From: Blastocladiella emersonii ATCC 22665 | Lineage: Eukaryota > Fungi > Blastocladiomycota | Direction: 5' to 3' | Assembly: GCA_025594325.1 (NCBI GenBank) | Contig: JANHCV010000012.1 | Span: 496,001-560,000, forward strand | DNA: 64,000 bases | In this document: positions 11,326-24,276 of the stretch, one piece after another | Layout of the letters: every line of letters begins with the position of its first letter | Position numbering within the stretch: the stretch's first letter is position 1 | Notes under the pieces: generated by a model | What the model saw: only the letters and a program-made list of their open reading frames with translations | What the model was told of the DNA's origin: nothing | Databases searched by the model: none | Made by a program: the position numbers and the translations under genes

Positions 11326-14301
11326 TCAGATGCCCTTCTTCATGAACGCAGCGAGCTTCGGCCCCAGCTCGTCCGCCTCGCTCCTGCACGTCGGGTACGC
11401 GGGCATGATCAGCACGCGCTTGAGGTTCGGGCGAAGCTCCTCGTACAGTTTGGCATCGAACCGTGCGTCAGCCGCGGGCATTGAGTTCGAGAGATCAGGT
11501 AGCAAGCCAAGTGACGCGCAAGCGGCAGTTGTTGATTCGGACGGCAGTGTGAGCATATTGAGCCGCCCTGCAACCGCGCGCATGCACTTGGCGAAAACAG
11601 TCACGCGGCGCGTCGCCTTGTCCTGGTCGCATGACACGTCGTGCGGATCGAAGATCGCGCCAGCTTTGCACTCGAGCGCGGGCGTAGCAATGGAGTTGGG
11701 ACCCGCTGAGGGAACGAGAACAGGCCGATCAAAGAAGACAAGAAGCATCGGTTCGTCTGGCTTCCTGTAATGGACGACGCCGTGGTGGCCCGAAGCAAAC
11801 GCCTCAAAGACGAGCCGCGTGAGCTCAACAACACTCGCCGCGATGATCTTTGACGATTCGGCCGCGCTGAGCAGCTGCATCACGTTCGCAGAGCGAAGAA
11901 TGATGCCCTCGACCGGCGGATACAGCGTGTTGACCGAATCCGTCGCCGCGCACATGGCTGCGCGAATCGAGTGCTGCCAGAGGCGATGTTCGGGCGAGGC
12001 AGGGTAGCGGCGGCCGATGCGCGGGAGCGAGGGGAAGAGCAAAATGTCGCGGTCAGCGTTCAAGCTACGCTTCAGGAGGAGCGTGACGCGGCCGGTCTTG
12101 CGCGCAACCTGCACCTTGGTGACACGTACGGGGCACGTAAGGCGCGTGGTTTGCCGCACGCCGTCGACAATCAACGTCGCGACGCCCTGGCTTTGCGCGA
12201 TTTCGGGTTGCGGCGGAAGCGTAAACTTGGTCGGCGCACCCTCGCCAAACTTGAAAGTGAGCGCGGTCAGGTCCGGTTCCTCGAGCACCTGCTCCGCGGG
12301 AAGCGGCCACGTCGGGAGGTCGCGCGGGCCAAACCGAGGAAGCGTCGGGCGCGACCGCATGAGCCCGCGCAACGCGGGCGAGGGAGCGGTGAGCGGGATC
12401 CGCGTCACCGTGACGGATGAGAGCGGAAAGAGTTTGCCGCCGATGAGCGTGCGCTGCGGAGCGGGGTTGAACGAAGACGGGAACGGCTCGCAGAAGACGC
12501 CGACCGTGGTCCCCGCCGGCACGTTGTGGAACATGGTCGGGAGCGCCAAGTTGGCTACCAAGCGCATGCGCGGCGGGGTGCCGTAGACGAGCTCGACGTG
12601 AAAGTCCTCGAATCGGAACGACTCGCCGTTGGGCCGGATAATTTCAAGAACCAGTGGCGAGCCGCAGAGCAAGGCCGACTCGTTGTCATCGGCAAGAGGG
12701 AGAACCAGCTCGAGGCAATGCGTGACGAAGGACCCAGGTTTCTGCAAATCCGCGAAGCCGTACCGTTGAAAGGGAGCCGAGAATGGAATAGTAGTCGCAT
12801 CATCCTCCCCGTAGGTTGACATGTGGATGAAGAGCGTCTTCATGCAGTCGGACCAGTAGGGCGTCGTGTACGGATCCGTTCCCAGGTAGACCAAGCGGCC
12901 GGCCGCAAAAGCAAAGGCAAAGAGCTTGATGAAAAAGCTGCGCGTCGTGTAGTTGGGCCCTAGAACTCGCACGCGCGCGTGTGGTGAGACTCGATGCGAC
13001 CCAACGATGAGTCCGGGCGTGCGTACCATTGTGCAGCAACGTCCGCTGCGCCACGCCCTTGATGCACTGCTCTAACGAGCGGTTGAGAAAAGTTGAGGCC
13101 TCAAGCGTAGTCGCGACCGTGGGATGCGGGAGCTTGCTGAACGTCAGATACCGCAACGCGCACCTGTCGAAGTGGTCACGGCTCCACGCAAAGTGCTGGT
13201 ACCAAGTGGCAGGATCATCAGCGCTCGGCTTCTCGTCAAGAGTCAAGCCAAAGAACGCCGGAAAAGCATCGAGCGGGAGCCCGACCATGCGAAGAAGAAA
13301 GCCGTCGTGGTCGGCGGGCGTATCGAGGTTGACGTTGGTCGAGTACGCAAGCAAGCGGGCGCGTTCGCAATACTCGTCGTTGTGGCGAAGCAGTGCCGAT
13401 CCGTGGATAAGAATGCTGAGCAGGCCGCACGAGTCCATGAGATTGTTCGTGTCCACGACGTCGAAGCGCATTGCTGGATCGGCGGCGAGAGTTTCCATGA
13501 CTTGAACAGCGTGGCCGAGAGCAAAAGTAACACAAAGGCGCGATGCATCCATGGCGTCGCGGAGCGCCACGACCCAATCGCCGATTTCAGCCAGCATGGC
13601 CGACTCGGGGGAGCCGCGGTCGAGAAACAGGTCGAAGGCGTCAGTCGGAAGCGCACGGGGGTGGATTGCGTAGTACGGCTTGTCGTCAACTCCAATAAGC
13701 AGCATGGTCCAGTTGACGACGGGCGGCTTTGACTCGGTACGCTGCATGAAGCCTCGATCCGCACCAAGCCGCTCGACATTGCACGCCATCCGCGCGGACT
13801 CGGCGCCCTTGAGCACGCCGCGGTACTGCGCGTCGAGGTCATCCATAAAATCGGCCGTGATTCTCTCGCGGTACTTGGTCGCGGTCATGCCGATGGTGAT
13901 AGCTGTGGCAGCGAGCTCGTCCCGTGCTTTTGTAAGCTTTTCGACGGACCAGTCGGAGGTGAGCCACGCGCGCCAGATACGGCGAAGCTCGCGCTGCGTG
14001 TCCTCGTCGATCACGCGGAGCGGCGAGCCAGGCGGGGCGTTGACCCAGTCCTTGGTGATGCACGGCAGCGCCGTGCAAGTCCAGAAACTGCGCATTGAGT
14101 CGGAGCGCAGACATCGTGGTAGAGGAAAAAGTCGCGCGGCGGGAGGTGGCGGGACGGGCGGTACTTCTGGACGCGGCTCCCACGGAACAGCGCGCGACAC
14201 GTCAGCGGCGTCGGGATCCGCGCGTCCGGGTTGTCTATGAAAATAGCAGATGTGGTAGCAGGTGTTCCATTGCCGCCAGTTGCGGGCTTCTTCTTCTTCA
14301 T
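11326..14301 (-). pseudogene. DUF4470-family copy 2 with internal deletion of the DUF4470 core
   Basis: LYHDVCAP is joined out of frame to DSMRSFW at ~14100; the ~85 aa GCGD/ND..EILARN block of paralogs is missing. Conserved intron 12960..13026; the rest is open. Confidence 0.75.
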
Positions 14302-14737
14302 TTTCGTGCGTGCAAGGGCGAGGAGGAAGCGTGCTTCTTGCTCAGGGGTTTCAAAGTGGGGAGCCGTCAGGCAGCGTCAGGTGAGGCGGGCGCAGCGCGT
14401 GATTTCCGCGTCAGGTTCAGTTCGCCAGCGTCGCTCTCCCTCTCATACAGCATGAATTCGTTCGAAGCAGCATCAACCTCTTGCAACGACCAATGCGGAC
14501 TTTCGCCTTGAGCCAGCTGAGGCCAGACGAGGCGCATAGACAACATGATCTTGGCCGCCGTGCCGTGTCTCGGATGCTGCGTGGTCCTTGGCCATCAGCC
14601 TCAGCCAACGTAACTCGTTATTCGCGAATTCCCCTCAATCTGGCCGTTCCAAGGTCCCTGGGCAACCGACCAAGACCCACCGGCGACAGCTGCAAAGAGA
14701 AAATTCAATCAATTCATTTGAAAGTTCGACAGCTACT

Positions 14738-17700
14738 TCAGATACCCCTCTCCAAAAACTCCTCGAGCTCGGGCCCCATCAGGTCCGCCTCGCTCCTGCA
14801 CGCCGGATACGCGGGCATGATGAGGGCGCGCCTGAGGATCGGACGCAGCACTTTGTACAGGTCAGCATCAAACCGTCCGTCGTGCTCAGGCACGGGTTCG
14901 GGCAGGGCGAGGAAGCGGAACGCCATGTACGCCGCGGTCGACTCGCGCGGCAGCGTAGTCATGGACAACCGCCCCGCGACCGCGCACAGGCACCTGGCCA
15001 GGATCTCGGCACGCCGATTCGTCTCGTCCTCGTCGGGTGACGGGTCGTGCGGGTCATCAATCATGCTGACGGTGCACTCGAGTGCGGGCGTCGGGTGCGT
15101 GGAGGGTCCCGCAGAGGAAACAAGGACGGGCCGATCAAAAAAGATGAGAAGCACGGGTTGATTCAGCAGGCCGCAGTGTGCAACGACGCGATGACCCGCG
15201 GCGAAAGTCTCGAAGATCAGCCGCGTGAACTCGACGACGCCCGCCGCAGTGGCCTCCGTCGACTTGGCCGCGCTGAGCAGCCGCATCACGTTCGCAGTGC
15301 GGAAAGTAATTCCCGCGACCGACGGGTGCAGGTTGTTGACAAAGTCCGTCGCCGCCCACTGGGCCGCGCGGATTGAGTGCCTCCAAACGCGACTGTCAGG
15401 CGAAACGAGGATGCGGCGACCGATGCGCGGAAGCGAAGGCGAGAGACCGTATCTGGTGGCGACGTTCATGATGCGGGTGAGCAGGAGAGTGACGCGGCCC
15501 TGTTTGCGCTTGATCTGCACCTTGGCGACGTAAGCGGGGCTCGACACGCGCGCAGTCACGCGCACGCCGTCCACAAGCAGCGTCACGGCCCCCTGGTCGC
15601 GCTTGACCTCGTACCGTGGCAAGAGCGTAAACTTGGTCGGCGCGCCGGGTTCAAAGGCAAAGTGCAGCGCAATCCGCTTCGCTTCTTCAACCGCTTGTTC
15701 AACGGAAAGCGGCCAAGCGCGGGAGTCACAAGGGCCAGACCAAGGCGGTGTTGGACGCGACTGGATCAGCGCGCTGAGCGACGGCGAAGAACCGCAGATC
15801 GGGATTCGCGTGACCGTGGCCGCGGACAGCGGGAAGAACTTGCCGCCGACCAGCTCGCGTATGATCGCGGCGCTGAAATCGGCAGAGAGGGGTTCGCGGT
15901 ACACACCAATCTTGGTGCCCGCCGGTGCCCCAATGACCAAGCTCTCGAGCGCCAGGTTGGTCGAGACGCGAATGCGCGGCGGCGTGCCGTACACGGGTTT
16001 GACGCGGAGGCTCTCGAACCGGAAGACTTCGTTCGGGGGCCGGATAATTTCGAGAGCCAGCGGCTGAGGGCTGAGCGAGGTCGAGTCGTCGGCGGGGATC
16101 TCGAGCTCGAGGCAGAATAAATCCGTTGAGTTTTTCGCGGCAGCAAAACCGTACTGGCGACTGAACGAAGCAAGCGCGACCCTGTCCGCGTCGGTGCACC
16201 CGGACAGCGACATGAGCGCAAACACGTCCTCCTCGTTGCAGCCAGACCACGGCGCCAAGGGGTACGGCCGCGATCCCTCGCGCACGATCCGGCCGGCCGC
16301 GAAAGCGTTGGCGAGTAGCTTGAACACGAAGCCGCGGGTAGTGTAGTTTGGCTCTAGCGGTTTGCGCGCGATGAGTGCCCCGAGACCACATGGATAATGC
16401 AGAAAGAAAACGTTTGAGTCCTACCGTTGCATCGTAGAAGCGGCTGCGCGATGGTCCCAATGCAATTCATGAGCGCAACGTTGAGATACTCCGAATCCAC
16501 CATCACCGATGGCACCGTGGGATGCGGCAGCTTGCTAAAAGTGAGGAAGCGCAACGGGTGCCCTTCAAAGTGGTCGCGGCTCCACGCAAAATGCTGGTAC
16601 CAAGATGCGGGGTCGTCGGCAGTTGGATTCTCATCAAGCGTAACTCCAAAGAAGGCAGGCAGCGTATTCAGCGGAAGCCCCGCCGTGCTTAGCATGAAAG
16701 CATCCTGGTCGGGCGTGTCATCATCAACAAGAGTTTTAGTGTACACGAGCAAGCGGGCACGCTCGCTGCACTCGCCGTTGTGACGTAAAAGAGCAGAGCC
16801 GTGGATGAGAATGCTGAGCAGGCCGCACGAATCCATGAGGTTGTTCGTGTCAACGACGTCGAAACGCATTGCTGAATCGGCGGCGAGGTCCTCCATGACT
16901 TGGACAGCGTGGCCGACTACAAAAGCAGCACAGAGGCGCGACTCCTTCATAGCGTCGTAGAGAGCTGTGGCCCATTCGCCAATTTCAGCAAGCGCGACCG
17001 ATTCGGGCGACCCGCGGCCGAGGAACAAGTCAAACACGTCCGTTGCAAGCGTGTTCTGCTCGAGCGCGTAATACAGCTCGCCGTCCATGCCAACGAAGAG
17101 CATGGTCCAGTTGACCACGGATCTCTTGGATTCAATGCGTCGCGTGGACACCCCGACCATGCCAAGCCGCTCGAGATTGCACGTGATGCGCGCGGACTCG
17201 GCGCCCTTGAGCACGCCGCGGTACTGCGCGTTGGCATAAAACACAAGCCCAGATGCCATGCATGAGCACTTTTCGGCCGCGTCGAGGCCGAGGTCATTGG
17301 GGTTGTCTTTGTCAACGCACGATTTCGCAACAAAATCTTCCCGCTCCTTTGAGAGTTTCTCGACGGTCCAGTCGCACTTGAGCCACGCGTGCCAGATGCG
17401 GCGAAGCTCACGCTGCGTGTTCTCATCGAGCACGCGGAGCGGCGAGTCGGGCGGGGCGCTGGTCCAATCCTTGGTAATACAAGCTTGAGCCACGGTTTGC
17501 CAGAACTTGCCGGTCGCGGTGTCGAGCACGTGAGAGTACCAAAGAGGGCCGATCAAGGGAATAAGCATCTCCAAGGACATCCCGCCCTCTGAACAGAAAG
17601 AAATCGCCTGCAAGATGAGCAAGTTCCGCGCAAGGATCTCGGGCTGCCAGTCGTTGAGCACAAACGAGAGCGTCGCCGTGCTGCCCTTGGCCGCGGCCTC

Positions 17701-17955
17701 GGTCACGGTACGCGCGAGCTCAGCTAGATCGCCGCAGCCGCACAGGAGGGCACGCAGCTCGGGCCGGGCGCAAGCGTCGTGGTAGAGGAACAAGTCGCGC
17801 GGGAAATGTTTGCGGTACGGCCGGTAACGCCCGAGCCGGTTCCCGCGGTACGGCGTGCGACACGTCAGCATCGACGCGCCTGGGCCCAGTTGGTCAACGA
17901 TAATAGCAGAGGTTGTTCGAAACGATCCATTGCCGCCAGTTGCGGGCTTTCTCAT
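14738..17955 (-). CDS. DUF4470-family protein, copy 3, intact
   Basis: ATG 17955 (MRKPATGG); intron 16354..16424 (GTAGGA..GCTAG) joins ORFs 16354..18138 and 14738..16327; all family motifs present. Confidence 0.8.
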
Positions 17956-18052
17956 GGTTGCATGCAAAGGTGACGAGGAGAGCGTGGGCGTGGCGAGGCG
18001 ACCCGACTCTGAGCTCACCCGCTCTCTCGCGCGGGAACCTCCGTCATGTGAC

Positions 18053-18068
18053 CTGGCGCGTCGCGTCT
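18053..18068 (-). promoter_or_regulatory. Shared motif variant, DUF4470 copy 3
   Basis: ctggcgcgtcgcgtct, ~98 nt from ATG. Confidence 0.45.
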
Positions 18069-18184
18069 CCGTCCCGCGCTCGCGCCTCGCATCTGGCCGA
18101 CTCACCGCCCCTCGCTTCCTCGTCTGGATTCCCCGCATTTGGACGCGTGTAGATCCATTTTAAGTTCTGAGTTGTTACAGGCTT

Positions 18185-19126
18185 TCAAAACGCGACCAAG
18201 GGGCAACATGAGTTTGCTTCAAGTTTGGCGCTTTCCCCGTATCCCTTGAGGGCGCAAGCTGCGGCGAAAGCGTTATACAGCACAAGTACGTGGGCGAGAA
18301 CATACCCGTTGTGCTCTTCGCCCGTGTGCACGACGTGGGACATGGGCGACCTGTGGCGCAGCGCGAGAGGGATCGCGTGGGCGCCCCGCTCGTGCGCGAT
18401 CTTGGTCCGCGCCTTGCACACAAGCCACAGCCCGTGTGCAGCGCCTTGTAGCTGCTCAAGCGGACGAGCTCGAGATATCCGTGAGCAGGATATCCGCGAA
18501 CAGCAGCAACTTCTTCTTGTTCGTGCGCGGGACGAACATGGTGAGCGACGTCTTGACCATGTCTATGGCCGCGGCGCGCTGGTGGATCGGGGCTGCAGTC
18601 GCAGCGTGGCCGTGGCCGTGGCCGTGGCCGCCAAGCAGTTGTACGAATATGGCCTCCAAGTGCGAGACCAACTGGAAATCTCCATGGCGCTACTTGATTT
18701 GGCCTGCGGAGTTGGGCGGCCCGAGGTACAGCTTGCAAGCCGGGTTTTTGACGTCGCCGCAGACCGGCTGCCAGCTGGCCGCGGAGCCGCTTGATTGCCG
18801 AGGAGCCACTTGATGGCCGATTTCATGGCCATGCCGTTGTCGCATATCTGCATCGCGAAACGCACGCGTAGCTCGAACTCAAGGTGAATCGAATTCACGC
18901 GAGCCTGAACGCTTTGAGGTCGAACTGCCAGTTCGCGACGACGTTGCTCGCGATCGCGATGCGCATCGTGGGAGAAGGGTGCCGCGGCCACGTCGCGCAA
19001 CAGATACACGCGGGCGGCGAGAAAGTCGCGCTCAGGCGCGGCGAGGTAGAGATGCAGGAGGTCCTCCTGGTGGTAGAGCATGAGCGTGGCCATCGACCTG
19101 CTCGCTCGCGACTCTGCCAAGCGCAT
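18185..19126 (-). pseudogene. Decayed gene of unknown family
   Basis: Protein-like segments in successive frames (LHLYLAAPERDFL.., VSHLEAIFVQLL.., HNGYVLAHVLVLY..) broken by shifts and a TAG; TATA-like CATATAAA near 19320. Confidence 0.3.
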
Positions 19127-19477
19127 GATCGCGACTGTTCTTGCCGTTGCTCAGCTGCGACGACTCGGCGAGCGGCCGTTCGTCTCTGTCACAGCATTCG
19201 CGCGCACCGCTTCGCCAAGGTTCTTAGCGAGCGAACTCTCGGCCGCAGCGCGCGCACTCCCTTCGCTTCGCGGACCGACGCATCGCCTCGCGACCCCACT
19301 CTCGTATCGCGCACCGTTTATATGTGTCAGGGTCAACAACTGTATTTACGTTCGTGGGGTAGAGCGAGAGGTGAGGTAAGGTAAGGTGAATCAAGCGAGC
19401 GAGAGGGAGAGCGAGCGAGGGAAAGACAAACGACAAGGGTTTCCCGTTCCGAGCGACACACGACACCCACCAACAGC

Positions 19478-20967
19478 TTAGAGCTGATGCGCGGCGGGAT
19501 GCCCGGCGGCCTTCTGCTGGGCGTGGAACTCGGCGATCTTCTTCTCGAGCTCGGGGCGGAAGTGGCGGATGAGTCCCTGGACGGGCCACGCGGCGGCATC
19601 GCCGAGGGCGCAGATGGTGTGTCCCTCGATCTGCTTGGACAGCTCCCAGATCTGGTCGATCTCGGCGTTCTTGGCCTGGCCGACGTTGAACCGGTCCATC
19701 ATGTGCTTGAGCCAGGTGGTGCCCTCGCGGCAGGGCGTGCACTGGCCGCACGACTCGTGCTTGTAGAAGGCCGAGAGGCGGGCGATGGCCGCGACGATAT
19801 CGGTCGACTTGTCCATGACGATGACGGCGGCGGTGCCGAGCCCGGACTGCACGTCCTTGAGGGCGTCAAAGTCCATGAGCACGTCGTCGCAGATGTCCTT
19901 GGGGAGGACGGGCACCGACGACCCGCCGGGAATGATGCCGAGCAGGTTGTCCCACCCGCCGCGCACGCCGCCGCAGTGCTTCTCGATGAGCTCGCGCAGC
20001 GGGATCGACATCTCCTCCTCGACCGTGCACGGCTTGTTGACGTGGCCCGAGATGCAGAAGAGCTTGGTGCCCTGGTTGCGCTCGCGGCCGAACCCCGCGA
20101 ACCAGCTACCGCCGCGGCGCAGGATGGTGGGGGCGACGGCGACGGTCTCGACGTTGGACACGGTGGTCGGGCAGCCGAACAGGCCGACGTCGGCGGGGAA
20201 CGGGGGCTTGAGGCGGGGCTTGCCCTGCTTGCCCTCGATGGACTCGATGAGGGCCGTCTCCTCGCCGCAGATGTAGGCGCCGGCGCCGCGGTGGATGTAC
20301 ACGTCAAAGTCGTAGCCGGACCCGCACGCGTTCTTGCCGATGAGCCCGGCCTTGTACGCCTCGTTGATGGCGGTCTGCAGGTTGGACGCCTCGTTGTAGA
20401 ACTCGCCGCGGATGTAGATGTAGGCGGCGCGCGCGCCCATGGCGCGGCCGGCGACGAGGCACCCCTCGACGAGCTTGTGCGGGTCGTTGCGCATGATCTC
20501 GCGGTCCTTGCAGGTGCCCGGCTCGCCCTCGTCGGCGTTGACGACCAGGTACTTGGGCCGCGGGTCGGCGCCCGGCTTGTTCATGAACGACCACTTGAGC
20601 CCCGTCGGGAACCCGGCGCCGCCGCGGCCGCGCAGGCCCGACGCCTTCATCTCGTTGATGATCCAGTCGGACCCCTTGAGGATGATCTCCTTGGTCTTGT
20701 ACCAGTCGCCGCGGCGCTGAGCGCCCGCGAGACCGAAATCGTGGAACCCGTACAGGTTGGTGAAGATGCGGTCCTGGTCCTTGAGGCCGCCATGCTTGCG
20801 CGGGGCGTCCGAGACGGTCGCGAGCGTGCGGCGGGCTGGACGAGTGTAAGGGGGAGGGTGTGTGAGCGCGATGTTGCGTGCCGCGACGTGAGGGGACAAG
20901 GCGTACCCTGCTGGCGCACAAGCGCCGGCACTCGGGCCGTCCGAGTCAGGGCACTGAGGCTAGACAT
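19478..20967 (-). CDS. NDUFV1: Mitochondrial complex I 51-kDa flavoprotein subunit
   Basis: [66 protein letters not shown]. Targeting-peptide exon, intron 20836..20906. Confidence 0.97.
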
Positions 20968-21542
20968 GGTTGCTGGTAGATGTGCGCAAAGTAGAGAGTG
21001 ATGGTGTGGTGTGGGATGAGTTGACGGATCGGTGCGATGGGCACGAGGGGTGGTGGTGGTATATGGGTTCGTCAAGGGGGTGCAGCGAGGAGCGGGGGGA
21101 GGCCCTTCAAATAGCCGAAGGGGGGGTAGGGGGAGGCAGGCGATGGCGGAAGCGGTGCATCGCTCGCTTAGCATCGGCCGGTCACCTCGACTGACCGACG
21201 CGAGGTGCACCACCCCGCCACCGCCACAGCGAGAGCGAATTCCATAACGCGCCGGCGATCGCGCTCCATGGCGAGGGTCGGGCGGGCGGGTGCAGCAAGT
21301 CGTGGGTGCGCGTACGTGGTGGATCGAGTCCTGGCGCAAGTCGGGGTGGCCGAGGGCTCGACGGCGAAGATGGCGGCGAGGCGGCGGCGCGGGCGACCTG
21401 CCGACCCGATCAACAGCGCTCGCGATCTCGTCAGGTGATCCCACCCCGATGCTAAATGGGCGCGAAAACCAGGTCACGCGAGCGAGGTTTTGCGTTTCTG
21501 GGGAGCGGAGCGTGTCTCGCGCCGATCACTTCGCGCAACGGC

Positions 21543-21546
<4 letters not shown>

Positions 21547-21583
<37 letters not shown>
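21547..21583 (+). repeat. (GAC)n microsatellite upstream of ELP2
   Basis: About 12 tandem GAC units, in the 5' UTR or a poly-Asp N-terminal extension. Confidence 0.85.
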
Positions 21584-21584
<1 letters not shown>

Positions 21585-21601
21585 TAACGATAGACGAAGC
21601 G

Positions 21602-24209
21602 ATGCCACCACGCAAACAACAGCAACCACCCAAGCCGACCCCGTCGGGCTCGCTGGACGGCAGCCCGCTCGCGGTCCACGTAACGCCGCGCCTGCTGTCG
21701 GCGGGCGGGTCGCGGCAGCCGCAGGGCGCCGTGTGGTCGGCCGACGGCGCCTACGCCTACGTGTCGAACCGGCAAGTCCTCGTGTGCCCGCCCTCCACCT
21801 CCCACAACCCCAAGTCCGCGCTCGCCGTGTGCCCGACGTCGCCGCTCGTCGGCCACACGGACGCGATCCGCGCGCTCGTCGCGCTCGGCGACCGCTGGCT
21901 CGTGACGGGCGCGCGCGACACGACGGTGCGCGTGTGGGACCGCGCGTCGGGCGAGTGTGCCGCGGTTCTCACGGGCCACAACGCGGGGATCTACGCGCTC
22001 GCCGCGCTCGAGTCCGCCGAGAACGGCCGACGGTGGATCGTGTCGGGCGACGTCCAGGGCAACGTCAAGGTGTGGCACAGCTTTGGGGAAACCCCGTTCG
22101 CCGTCGCGCAGGAGTGGCACCACCGCCGGTACGCCGTGGCGCTCGCGCTGACGTGCGTCCGCGCGCCCGCGGCGTTGGGCGGGGCCGAAACCCTGGTGCT
22201 CGCTGTCGGGACCGCCGACTCGATGCTGCACGTCTACCTGCTCGACGGCGGCGCGGGCGAGTTTGCGCACGCGCTCGCGCTGCCTGGGCACGATAACTGG
22301 GTCAGCTCGCTCGACTTAGTGACCGTCACCGAGGCGCACGCTGCAAGCCCGGACGCAACGGGGCTCCACGCCGGCGACGTCCTCCTCGCGTCGGGCTCGC
22401 AGGATCGGTTTATCCGCGTCTGGCGGTTTACCTTCTCCGACGCGCACCTCGGCGAGGCGATCGCGCCGACTTCGGCGGGGGACGGCGACGAGGACGCCCA
22501 GTTTGCCGCCATGCTCGCGTCGCTGCAAGAGTACGCTTTGTTCGCTCAGCGCGGCCGAACCACCACTCACTTTCACCGAATGTAGAGGCCAGCTCTCGAC
22601 CAAAGCCCACGCCATCCCGTTCCCCCTCTCCCCGCGCCCGCTGCACGTGTACCTGGACTCGGTCCTGCTGGGCCACGACGAGTGGGTCTACTCGGTCGCC
22701 TGGTCTCCCTCCACCGCCCCCGGCCCGCTACGCCTCGCCTCCGCGTCCGCCGACAAGTCCGTGCTCGTGTGGTCCCTCGCCGACGGCGTGTGGACGAGCG
22801 AGGCGCGCGTCGGCGAGCTCGGCGGGTCGGTCCTGTCGCTGCACTGCGTGCGGTGGCGGCCCGACGCGCGCGCGCTCGCCGCCAACGGGTACACGGGCGG
22901 CGTGCACGTCTGGGAAGAGGACCGCGAAACGCGCCGGTGGGAGCCCCGCGTCGCCGTCGGCGGGCACCACGCGGCCGTGCGCGGGGTTACGTGGGATCCC
23001 TCCTCCCAAATCGTCGTGACGACGAGCGCTGACCAGACGACACGCGTGTTTGCGCCGTGGCCTGTGGGTGAGGGGGACGGGAAGTGGCACGAGTGGGCGC
23101 GCCCGCAGATCCACGGGTACGACCTCCAGTGTCTCGCGTTCGTCGACCAGTTCACGCTCGTCTCGGGCGCCGACGAGAAGATCGTCCGCGTGTTCGGCGT
23201 CCCGTCGTCGCTCGTCGAGACGCTCGCGGCCGTCGGCGCCGTCGCCGAGGGGTCGTGGGACCCCGCGCGCGCTGTCGCGGCGGCCGCGAACCTCCCCGCG
23301 CTCGGGCTATCCAACAAGGCCGTCTCCGCCGCTCCCGCCCTGACCGCCGACGACGAGACCACGACCGCCGTCAACGGCACCTCGCCCGACTACCTCGAGC
23401 GGCAGAGCTACTCCGCGACCTCGGCCTCTCTTACCTCGCTCCCGTCGACCACCCCGCCGCTCGAAGAGCACCTCCTCCAGCACACGCTGTGGCCCGAACT
23501 CGACAAGCTGTACGGGCACGCGTACGAGCTCGTCTCGGTCGCGTCCAACGCCCGCGTCGTCGCGACCGCGTGCCGCGCGACCCTCGCCGACCACGCCGTC
23601 GTCCGCATGTACGCCGCCGACGGGTGGCGGGAGCTGCCCGCGCTCGCGTACCACGCGCTGACGGTCACGACGCTCAAATTTTCGGGGTGCGGAACGCGGC
23701 TGCTGTCCGCGGGCCGCGACCGCGCGTGGGCGCTGTGGCGCGAATCCCCCGACAACGGCGAGTGGACGCTCGCGGCCGCGCGCGACAAGGCGCACGCGCG
23801 CATCGTGTGGGACGCGGCGTGGGGCCCCGGCGACGCTTACTTTGTGACGGGGTCGCGCGATAAGACGGTCAAGGTGTGGACCGTTTTGGGGGACGACCAG
23901 GTCACGCTCGCGGCCACGCTCGCCATGGACCACCCGGTGCACGCCGTCGCCGTCGCGGCCGTCCCCGCGGGGAACGCGCTCGCCGGGTCGCTGCTCGCTG
24001 TCGGGCTCGAGAACGGCGCGGTGCACGTGTTCCGCGCGCTCGCGGGCGCCGAGGCCGCGTGGATCCCCGCCGGCCGGGTCGAGGGGAAGATGGCGCACAC
24101 GGACGCGGTGAATGGGCTCGCGTGGCGCGAGGTGCCCGGGGGTGGGAGGTTGCAGCTCGCGTCGGTGTCCGAGGATTTCGGGGTGCGCGTGTACGACGTC
24201 GAGTGCTAA
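21602..24209 (+). CDS. ELP2: Elongator complex protein 2 (WD40)
   Basis: GHDNWVSSLD, LLGHDEWVYS, RPQIHGYDL, GADEKIVRVF, ALGLSNKAV, TLWPELDKLYGH; intron 22531..22585. Start codon uncertain. Confidence 0.93.
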
Positions 24210-24276
24210 TATAGTTGTATTCATGGCTTCACATCGCCCCGCTCCAACCAACACGCTCCAGCACGCCCCAATACGC

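Noticed and set aside
19236-19260. CARCG as the missing MYND finger
   Set aside because: Followed by a stop; lacks the further CxxC, YC and W..H spacing.
19487-21001. Long antisense or alternative-frame ORFs (also 5770..6963, 35322..37025, 39436..41277, 41764..43044)
   Set aside because: Shadows of GC3-rich real genes; Arg/Gly/Ala-rich with no motifs.
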